34,591 nucleotides of DNA, taken from a virus. Taxonomy: Duplodnaviria; Caudoviricetes. The notes under the pieces are model-generated. The model worked only from the letters and a program-made list of their open reading frames with translations. It had not been told where the DNA came from and searched no databases. Within the stretch, counting starts at the first letter, position 1. Each line of letters starts with the position of its first letter. Below are positions 24,598 to 32,900 of this stretch, in pieces. The stretch covers positions 1 to 34,591 of the IMG/VR virus record IMGVR_UViG_3300032277_000037, one strand, 5' to 3'. A program made the position numbers and the translations under genes.

Positions 24598-26814
24598 ATG
24601 CCACTATCAAAGCTACAGTTTAAGCCCGGCGTGAACAGGGAAATGACCTCGTATGCAAATGAAGGCGGGTGGTTTGACTGTGACATGGTGCGCTTCCGCG
24701 AGGGTATGCCTGAAAAGATTGGTGGCTGGACGAAGGTGGGTTCCAATTCGTTTCTTGGCTCGTGCCGTGCCTTGCATTCTTGGAGAACGATTAACCTGAA
24801 CAACTATCTCGGTGTTGGGACTAACATAAAGTACTACATCGAAGAGGGAGAGGGCTACTCAGATATAACACCCCTCCGTGCGGTTACTCCTTTGGACCGT
24901 AACATCTCTGTGTCTATATACGGCGCGTCTGCGACGGGTGAAGTGGGAGAAGTCTCCGCTCCTATGGAAAATGTTTCCATAACTTTGACCGGGGTTACGG
25001 CGTTTAGCCAAATCAATTATGTCGATGCGCAGAGCGAAGGTGGGGATATTGTTTACCTTACAGGTGTTTCGGCTTCTGGAGAAGTTGGGGACGGAACTTT
25101 TATTAATACGCTGCCCGTAGAAGTTAATGGTTTGGAAGCAACGGGCGATGTGGGATCAGTAAATGTTGTTACGACAACAGTAGATTTTGACAGTGAGATT
25201 TTGTTTTCTGCGACGGATGGTTCCTCCACAGTTTCTGTGAACGACATAAATCACGGCGCGGTAACAGGGGACTTTGTAACCTTTACAGACGCCATCGGTT
25301 TGGGCGGAAACATAACCGCTGAAATCCTGAATCAAGAGTATCAAGTCGCTTTAGTTGTGGATGAGGACAACTACACGATTGTCGCCAGAACGGTGGCTAG
25401 TGTGAACTCCATAACGATCGACGGGACGTATACGCCTACTCCTGTTGTAGCCAATGCGTCAGACACGGGAGAAGGTGGCGGGTCTACTATTGGGGCGTAT
25501 CAAATCAACGTGGGCGTTGATACTAGCATTTCAGGAAACGGTTGGGGCGCGGGAACGTGGGGCCGAGGAACGTGGGGCTCTGCTGCGGAAATCAGTACAG
25601 AATCGGATACTCTTCGTATTTGGTCGCATGATAACTTTGGTGAAGACTTAATCTTTAACGTGTCCAACGGCCCAGTGTATTATTGGGATGCGTCTGGAAC
25701 CAACCCGAAAACAAAACGTGGCGTGCTTTTGACTAGCTTAACAGGAGCAAGCAACGCACCTACAGTAGCTACTCAAATTATGGTGTCCGACCGAGACCGT
25801 CACGTTATCGCGTTTGGCGCTAATCCTTTAGGTAGTTCAACGCAAGACCCGCTTCTTATACGATTTTCTTCTCAAGAAAATGCAACGGAGTGGACTCCTA
25901 CCCCTACAAACACCGCTGGCGACCTAAGAGTAGGTTTAGGCTCTAAGATTGTATGTGCGGTCGAAACCCGGCAACAGACATTGGTGTTCACGGATGCTTC
26001 CGTGCACGGGATGCAGTTTCTAGGTCCACCTTCGACGTTCGGGCTTAATCTTTTATCGGACAACATTTCTATCATTGGGATTAATGCGGCGGCGAGTGCG
26101 CAAGACCGCGTGTTCTGGATGGGTCGCGATGAGTTCTATATGTTTGACGGAACGGTGCGAAAACTACCTTGTACGGTTAAAGATTACGTCTTTAGCGATT
26201 TTAACGAGTCTCAGGCTGATAAGGTGTATTGTTCTACCAATACTTCTTTTAACGAGATTTGGTGGTTTTACCCCTCAAGCTCCAGCGCAAATGTAGATCG
26301 TTATGTTGTCTACAACTATGTTTTAAATTTGTGGACTTACGGAACATTGGCTCGAACCGCTTGGACTGATGTTGGGATCATGGAGAACCCCATTGCTGCA
26401 GGAGCGGATGGGTACTTGTATTACCATGAAGACGGCTTTGATGATGGTAGCACTACTCCAGCTAGTGCATTGACTGCGTATATAGAATCTTCTCAATTAG
26501 ATATAGGTGAGGGCAACAATTTTAGTTTCATACGTCGGTTACTGCCGGACATTACTTTTAGAAACAGCACCGCTATTAGTCCTTTGGTCATATTTACGTT
26601 AAAGGCGCGAAACTTTCCCGGTGGGCCATATTTACAAACAGAGGATAGTTCGGTTGTTAAGACCGCGTCTGTTCCTGTTGAACAGTTTACTCAGCAGAAC
26701 TTCGTTCGGCTTAGGGGCCGGTCCATAGCTTTGCGCGTTGAGTCAGACACAACTGGAGTGGGTTGGAGACTTGGAACGCCGAGGATTGATATTAGACCAG
26801 ATGGGAGGCGTTAA
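24598..26814 (+). CDS. Tail nozzle/DNA stabilisation protein (P22 gp10/tail tubular B-like), 738 aa
   Basis: GAGGA SD; size and position; propeller-like strands (WSHDNFGEDL, LLIRFSSQE, FNEIWWFYP); C-terminal RLRGR...WRLG...DGRR. Confidence 0.8.
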   Translation: MPLSKLQFKPGVNREMTSYANEGGWFDCDMVRFREGMPEKIGGWTKVGSNSFLGSCRALHSWRTINLNNYLGVGTNIKYYIEEGEGYSDITPLRAVTPLDRNISVSIYGASATGEVGEVSAPMENVSITLTGVTAFSQINYVDAQSEGGDIVYLTGVSASGEVGDGTFINTLPVEVNGLEATGDVGSVNVVTTTVDFDSEILFSATDGSSTVSVNDINHGAVTGDFVTFTDAIGLGGNITAEILNQEYQVALVVDEDNYTIVARTVASVNSITIDGTYTPTPVVANASDTGEGGGSTIGAYQINVGVDTSISGNGWGAGTWGRGTWGSAAEISTESDTLRIWSHDNFGEDLIFNVSNGPVYYWDASGTNPKTKRGVLLTSLTGASNAPTVATQIMVSDRDRHVIAFGANPLGSSTQDPLLIRFSSQENATEWTPTPTNTAGDLRVGLGSKIVCAVETRQQTLVFTDASVHGMQFLGPPSTFGLNLLSDNISIIGINAAASAQDRVFWMGRDEFYMFDGTVRKLPCTVKDYVFSDFNESQADKVYCSTNTSFNEIWWFYPSSSSANVDRYVVYNYVLNLWTYGTLARTAWTDVGIMENPIAAGADGYLYYHEDGFDDGSTTPASALTAYIESSQLDIGEGNNFSFIRRLLPDITFRNSTAISPLVIFTLKARNFPGGPYLQTEDSSVVKTASVPVEQFTQQNFVRLRGRSIALRVESDTTGVGWRLGTPRIDIRPDGRR

Positions 26815-27113
26815 TGGCAGATCGTTTAGTCCCAGTACCGTTTTTCCCGCTTCCACCGCAGGAGTATAATCAACAATACTTTGCAGAAGTAGTTCGGGCG
26901 ATATCGTTTTACTTTGAGCAGAATGCAAACCCCGGCGAGGGTCGAAATACTTTTAGCGTATTTACTAACTTACAGACAAACGATGTAGGTCTGGAGCCGG
27001 GGGCTATCTTTAACTATGGTGGCTATGTTAAGATCACTCAACTAAACTCGACACACCCTATTGGCACTAGCGCTTTGGGACAGGTAGGCGCAGTGGGGGT
27101 GGCAACAACATGA
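26814..27113 (+). CDS. Tail-associated protein, 99 aa
   Basis: TAATG overlap; PLPPQEY helix; C-terminal GTSALGQVGAV repeat-like motif. Confidence 0.7.
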   Translation: MADRLVPVPFFPLPPQEYNQQYFAEVVRAISFYFEQNANPGEGRNTFSVFTNLQTNDVGLEPGAIFNYGGYVKITQLNSTHPIGTSALGQVGAVGVATT

Positions 27114-27349
27114 GCGAAATAGACCTTACAATTTGGAATTTAATTCTTACAGGCGCGCTAGGGCTTGTGACATGGTTTGCACGGACGGTATGGGCTGAGC
27201 AGCAGCGCCTTTCCATACTGTTGAACCGCACCCGTGAAGAAATGGCGAAGGAATACGTTACTAAGAGCGACAGTTCTGAAGTGCTCTCTCAAATTATGAA
27301 CAAGTTTGACCGCCTAGAAGAAAAAATAGATCGACTTATGGAGAGGTAG
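27110..27349 (+). CDS. Membrane protein (one TM plus coiled coil), lysis-cassette associated, 79 aa
   Basis: IWNLILTGALGLVTWF TM followed by heptads (FDRLEEKIDRL); ATGA overlap. Confidence 0.75.
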   Translation: MSEIDLTIWNLILTGALGLVTWFARTVWAEQQRLSILLNRTREEMAKEYVTKSDSSEVLSQIMNKFDRLEEKIDRLMER

Positions 27350-27350
27350 G

Positions 27351-27524
27351 ATGTTGTGCGTTCTTGTTTTTGTGTCTTTCGGACATGCTTGGGCGCGAGG
27401 CGGCAGCCAGCTGTTTCAATACTGTTACTACGACTGTGGCACCGCAACCAACGGCTTATGGTACGACAGGGTCTTTCGCGTTAACTATCTCTACGTTTGT
27501 CCCGCGAGGTTTGTCGAAACATGA
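27351..27524 (+). CDS. 57-aa Cys/aromatic-rich peptide MLCVLVFVSFGHAWARGGSQLFQYCYYDCGTATNGLWYDRVFRVNYLYVCPARFVET
   Basis: Hand translated. GAGG SD; starts 1 nt after the previous stop; ATGA overlap with the next gene; 4 Cys. Confidence 0.7.
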   Translation: MLCVLVFVSFGHAWARGGSQLFQYCYYDCGTATNGLWYDRVFRVNYLYVCPARFVET

Positions 27525-27988
27525 TTGATCCTATCTCAGCCCTTTCAATTGCAGCCTCCGCTGTATCTAGCGCCAAGACTTTACTAGCTGCTGGCCGGGA
27601 TGCTTCAGGCGCATTAAGTAAATTTGCTGGTGCGGTGAGTGACGTAAATTACGCCGCTGAGAAGGCGAAGAACCCAAGCATCTTTGCATCACTGACTGGC
27701 TCTGCTGAACAAGCAGCTATTGAGGCCTTTTCTGCGCAAAAGCGTATACAGGCTATGCGTAAGGAAATTGAAACAATCATTCAGTTTCAATACGGGCCAA
27801 CTGGCTTAAAAGAATACAAGGACACACTTCGCAAGGTCCGGGAGCAACGCAAGAAAACCGAGTACCGCAAGGCTGAGATCAAGGAGGCTTTGATAATGTG
27901 GGTTGTAGGTGGTATTATCGTGATGGCTGGCATTGCTGGCCTTGCAGTAGTTTTGTATTTCTTGGGTAAGCAGCAGGGGAAGTGGTAA
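27521..27988 (+). CDS. Helical protein with C-terminal TM segment, 155 aa
   Basis: Start moved to ATG 27521 (MIDPISALSIA); TM ALIMWVVGGIIVMAGIAGLAVVLYFL. Confidence 0.8.
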   Translation: MIDPISALSIAASAVSSAKTLLAAGRDASGALSKFAGAVSDVNYAAEKAKNPSIFASLTGSAEQAAIEAFSAQKRIQAMRKEIETIIQFQYGPTGLKEYKDTLRKVREQRKKTEYRKAEIKEALIMWVVGGIIVMAGIAGLAVVLYFLGKQQGKW

Positions 27989-28233
27989 TGGCACACACAA
28001 TACTGGATGATTGGAAGATCCTACCACGTTTGATGATGTTGGTTACGACGATCATGTACATACGTTGCTTAGAGTGGGCGATGTCGCAACCGGACTTGTC
28101 TGTTAGTCAGGCTGGACTGATTTCAGTTGTAACAGGGGCTTTCACGGGAGCCTTCGGCATTTGGATGGGCAAAGAGTCCACGACCACGGTGACTCCAAAC
28201 AAGATTGTTCACAAAGAGAGCTATGACAAATGA
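27988..28233 (+). CDS. Two-TM holin-like protein, 81 aa
   Basis: TAATG overlap; two hydrophobic helices (ILPRLMMLVTTIMY; AGLISVVTGAFTGAFGIWM). Confidence 0.7.
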   Translation: MAHTILDDWKILPRLMMLVTTIMYIRCLEWAMSQPDLSVSQAGLISVVTGAFTGAFGIWMGKESTTTVTPNKIVHKESYDK

Positions 28234-28691
28234 TTACATTACTTGGAAGTTTGCTTGGTTTTGGTACTTCTTTTCTGCCGGAGGTTCTTAATTTCTTTCG
28301 AGCGGGTCAGGAGCACAAGCACAGTCTTGAGCGCATGCAGCTAGAGATGGACATGATGGCTCGGCGCAATGAGTTGAAGCTGGACATTTTGGACAAGCAG
28401 GCTGAGATCAAAGAGACGGAGGGGTTGTATAAACATGATAGCATGGATGCTGGAGGTTTTATCAACGCATTACGAGGTAGCGTCCGGCCTGTCATCACTT
28501 ATGTTTTTTTCGGCCTTTTCGTTGCCATCAAGGTGACGGCTATAATCGCGCTGATGGGTCAAGGGAACGATCTTGGAAGGTCTCTTTCTTTGATTTGGGA
28601 TGATGCTACATCTGGTTTGTTTGCTGCCATAATATCGTTTTGGTTCGGTGGCCGCGCTGTATCAAAGTACATGAAAGGTGGTATGAAATGA
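28230..28691 (+). CDS. Holin, GTA 3TM-holin-like, 153 aa
   Basis: RGSVRPVITY and IISFWFGGR signatures; directly upstream of the endolysin. Confidence 0.8.
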   Translation: MITLLGSLLGFGTSFLPEVLNFFRAGQEHKHSLERMQLEMDMMARRNELKLDILDKQAEIKETEGLYKHDSMDAGGFINALRGSVRPVITYVFFGLFVAIKVTAIIALMGQGNDLGRSLSLIWDDATSGLFAAIISFWFGGRAVSKYMKGGMK

Positions 28692-29140
28692 CATACAAAC
28701 TGGGAAACCGTAGTAACGAACGCCTTGAGGGGGTTGACCCCTCGTTGCAAACAGTTGTCCGCATGGCTATTGGGATTAGTGAGCAAGACTTTAGTGTGAT
28801 CTGCGGACTAAGAACCCGCAAGGAGCAGGAAGCCTTGGTCGCCAAAGGTGCTTCGCAGACCATGAAGAGTAAACATCTGGGCGGCTATGCCGTTGATTTA
28901 ATGGCATATATTGACGGGGGCAGGTGGGAACTGAATCTTTACGATGAGATTGCAGACGCCATGAAAGCTGCCGCTAAGGACTGCGGTGTTAAGATTCGTT
29001 GGGGTGCGGCTTGGCACATAGATGACTTTGGGGCCTATGAAGGCACGGCGGAAGAGGCTATGAATGAGTATGTAGATTTACGCCGTTCACAGGGCCGTCG
29101 TCCATTTATAGACGCACCTCACTTTGAGATCATGGAGTAG
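28688..29140 (+). CDS. Endolysin, peptidase M15 (L-Ala-D-Glu peptidase-like), 150 aa
   Basis: Start ATG 28688 (ATGA overlap); GLRTxxEQ, SKHLGGYAVD (SxHxxGxAxD zinc motif), IRWG and DAPHFE. Confidence 0.92.
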   Translation: MTYKLGNRSNERLEGVDPSLQTVVRMAIGISEQDFSVICGLRTRKEQEALVAKGASQTMKSKHLGGYAVDLMAYIDGGRWELNLYDEIADAMKAAAKDCGVKIRWGAAWHIDDFGAYEGTAEEAMNEYVDLRRSQGRRPFIDAPHFEIME

Positions 29141-29158
29141 TCTATAGGAGGGAAGACT

Positions 29159-29440
29159 ATGGAGTTTTTAGATGTATTTAACGCAGCAGCCCAAAATGCT
29201 GTATACCGCGCGGACGATATAAAAGATGCAACAAACTATGACCAAGAGCCAGTAGACCTTGGGATAGACAGCTTAGATATGATTATGGTGGTCGCAATTT
29301 TGTCTGACGCGTATGGCATACCAGATGACCTAGAGTTCGACAATGTGAACAAGTTCACTGTCGGCACGGTACGAGATTTTGTTGATGAGCATAAAACTCA
29401 AGAACCAGAATCCCTAGAAGAAGTTAGGGAGGCTGCGTGA
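29159..29440 (+). CDS. Acyl carrier protein, 93 aa
   Basis: DLGIDSLD phosphopantetheine attachment motif (Ser38), helix II, YGIP, TVGTVRDFV; very acidic; strong GGAGG SD. Confidence 0.88.
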   Translation: MEFLDVFNAAAQNAVYRADDIKDATNYDQEPVDLGIDSLDMIMVVAILSDAYGIPDDLEFDNVNKFTVGTVRDFVDEHKTQEPESLEEVREAA

Positions 29441-29913
29441 TGGTTACCGTCGTCGATAGCAAACAGACTCCCCTACCGGCCCCTGAGATAATTATGACCG
29501 CCGCGTCGGAGCTGAATAACACAGATCAACCCGTGACGAAAGTTATCACCGCGCTCGCGGGGGAGTTGTCACTGCCTAACACTGACCAAGTGCAGATGGG
29601 CAATACGGTGTTTATAGGGCACCGGGGCAAAGGCAAGTACAAGAACGTGATGGAGGGCCGTGCACTTAACTTAGACACCGCGCAGAACTTTGTTCGCAAC
29701 GGTTTGAAATACCTAGCCTATCTACAGAAAAAGAAGGTTGAGCTATACCGCACAGACTTCGACGCACAGGAGTATTTGTCAGCGTTTCAGTTTTGGTATA
29801 ATAAAACAAAAGATACTGACACAGAAGTAGATGTGGTACAGTTAAATACCGGTGGCTACCGTGCGTTCATCAAAATTGGGAAAGACTCTCTAGAAGAGTT
29901 CTGGAGGCTGTAA
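29437..29913 (+). CDS. Hypothetical protein, possible GNAT-fold acyltransferase, 157-158 aa
   Basis: Overlaps the ACP stop (GTGATG). The helix/strand order matches GNAT topology by eye; no canonical CoA motif A. The CDS is secure, the function is inferred. Confidence 0.55.
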   Translation: MMVTVVDSKQTPLPAPEIIMTAASELNNTDQPVTKVITALAGELSLPNTDQVQMGNTVFIGHRGKGKYKNVMEGRALNLDTAQNFVRNGLKYLAYLQKKKVELYRTDFDAQEYLSAFQFWYNKTKDTDTEVDVVQLNTGGYRAFIKIGKDSLEEFWRL

Positions 29914-32900
29914 TGCCAGTATTAGTACCCATTCTTATAGGGGGCGGCGCGGCGGCAGTTGCTGTAACCGCTGGCGTCTCGGTTGGCACTGCTATCATCA
30001 TTGGTGGCGGCGCAGCTATACTTGCACACGAAACCGGTGCGGCGGATTGGGTATACGACGAGATCATAAAGCCTGTTGGGGACCTTGTCGTTGACGTTTT
30101 CGAGTCTGAACTAGGACAAGCGGTACTGAAAATAGCCGCAGTAGCTACTGGAAATGCGTGGGCCGTGCCTTTGATTGAAGGGGCAGGCACATTAGCTCAA
30201 GGTGGGGACCTCGGCGACGCGCTCAAAGCCGCGGCTATCTCTTATGTAGCACAAGGTGTAGGCGATGTAGTTGGTGAGGTCGCAGGAGACGTCGTGCTTG
30301 ACGCCACTGGTAACGCCTTCGCTGCTACTGTTATCGGTACAGGTTCTGGGGCTGCAGCGAAAGCTATTGTGTATGGGCAAGACCCTGTACAAGCATTTGT
30401 AACTGGTGGGATCGGCGCGGCTCTCCCCGCGCTGAATGGGTACATCGACGAGCAAACCGGTGGAGCGTTTGCTGAACTGCCAGATGTCGCGAGAAACGTA
30501 CTTACCAGCACTATGGTCCGTGCTTTGTCTGGGCAAGATATTACGCCAGAGGCTATCCTAAACGCTGCGCTGAGCGCGGAATCAGTTACCAACGCCCTAA
30601 AAGGGTTTGTTGGAGACGTCACTGGATATACTGACGGGCAGATTGCGGCGATTACTTCGGCTGTGCAGCGCACCGCTTCGGCTGCGTTTGGTGGTGGGGA
30701 TATTGATGCGGCCCTTGCGAGCAGTTTAAACAATTACGCCAATAGTGAATTTAAAGAGTGGTTTAATACCACAGCTGCAGGTGTTGCGGTCACTGAGACA
30801 ATGGACAAACTCACTGGGGATTACCAGCGAGTTGAAGAGCAGGCACGTACTCTAGAGGAAAAAGTAAAGGCACACGACGGCGCAGTCGCACGGTATAATA
30901 CTCTTGCGTCTGGACTCACCGCAACAGGTGAACAGCTAACCGAACTAGAGACCGCGTATGAGCGCGCACTGCAGAACTTCCAAGCTAACCAGTCAGAAGA
31001 AAACGCCATTGCTTTGGAAGAGGCGGTAGCCGCGTATAACGCAGTATCAGAGCCGTTTAACGAGACGTACGAAGACGTCATTGCGGAGATGAATAGCATT
31101 GAGGCGAGCCTACCCGGACTCGAAGCTGCGTACGAAGCAGAGAACGAAAAATATAACGTGTTTCTAGAAGACCTTACTACTAATGTCGAACTTGCGAATG
31201 AAGAACTTAAACCGCTCTACGACGAGTTGGATCAGTCCTTTGTTAAGTTCATGGACCCCAACTTTGACGAAGAAGCATACCGCCGTATTGCAGGTCTAGA
31301 CGCAGATGATGACGCCTACTACCACTGGCTGACCGAAGGTAAAGAGGCGGGGCTACCCACCAACCAAGCAGCATACGACGAAGAATACGACGCACGATTC
31401 CAAGGTGTACTAAAAAACGCCGCGGAGTATCTCGGAGTAGATGTAACAGAACTAAATGACGTACAGCGTCAGGCCCTAATTGATTTGGTGGATGCGAGCG
31501 CAGGTGGGGATATAACCGCACTACGCAATACGGGGTTTGCTGAGATTGCAGAAGACTTTGCGGCTAGTGATGTTGGGTCGCCAGTGCTTAATCTTAGTGC
31601 AATCAACTCTATCAAGAGTGAGTTCGAGACGGGCGCTGATATCGTTATCGACGAAACCATCGCAGACCTGCTTACCCGTGCGGGGATTACAAATTTCTTC
31701 GAAGGCGAATCGCTGATTCAGTCTGACATAGATGCACTAGAAAAAACCTTCGGTGATCTGAGTGCTGGCGAAGCGCAAAGCGATGCGCTCAACGCCTCCC
31801 GAGAAAACGTCACCGACGAAGAAATCGCTAATGGAACTGCGGTTCTCAAGGTCCGGCAAGATGATGGGCTTCTAGAGTGGGGCAAGGTAACTTTTGAGAC
31901 TGCGTATTGGAGCAAGACGCATAACACTTTGGTTAAACGTATTTATGTAGAGGATGAGATAGGGGCAGAAGGAGCCTTCGGTGGGCGCAGAATTGTTACT
32001 GTAAACGCGATAACAGGAGAGCCGGTTACAGACGCACTTGAAATCTTAATCACTATGCCTGTATTAACGACGTACGATGACCTCAAAGATTCCGATCCCG
32101 GACAGTGGGCAGCTATCGCTGCAAGTTTAGACGACACCGCGCAGGCTGCTCTAGCGACACAGGTCGGCCAAGATGTTGTTGATTTTATTAACAAATGGGA
32201 TGAAGCAGGAAAATTCGATACTGCACGAGATTACGGTGGGTTAGTAGCGAAAGCCGGTGGCGAACTGCTCGGCACCATGACTGCATTCGTAGATATTACA
32301 CTTGGGTTTGACCCCAACTCCAACCCGGTGGGGGCGTTTGCGGACGATGTTGTTGAGTTCGGTGCAGGTCTACAAACAGACGAGTGGACAGAGGCGTACG
32401 AGCGCGTAAACGCTAAGCTCGCTGAAGGCGAGGGTTGGGAAAAGCTAGGTAGTATATGGGGCGCGTTCCAAGAAGCGCCGGAGCAGTTTGTAGCAGAGAT
32501 TATTGGTAAAGAGATAATCCAAGAACTACCGTGGCTCATTATTTCAAAGGGCGCTATGACGGGCTCAAAAGAAATATTCCGTGCCATGGGCAAAGAACTG
32601 TCGGATCGAGCGGCACTAAAAGTAGGTATCGGCACATCTGCTAGCTTAGACATCGCCGAATCTTTCGGCGGTGCAGCAGACAGTGCGTACAACGAAGCTC
32701 TAAATACTTATCTCGCTGCAGGCATGTCGCAAGAAGAAGCCGAATCCGCGGCCATGGAGCTGGCACAAAGTGCGGGTATGATTAGTGCTGTAGTTACAAT
32801 GGCTAGCTTCGGCATTGGCGGTAACGATTTCGAAAAAGCCATCTTAGGTAGAGACTCTACAGGTACCACCGCAGAAGCGTTTGACTGGCTAACCGATAAA

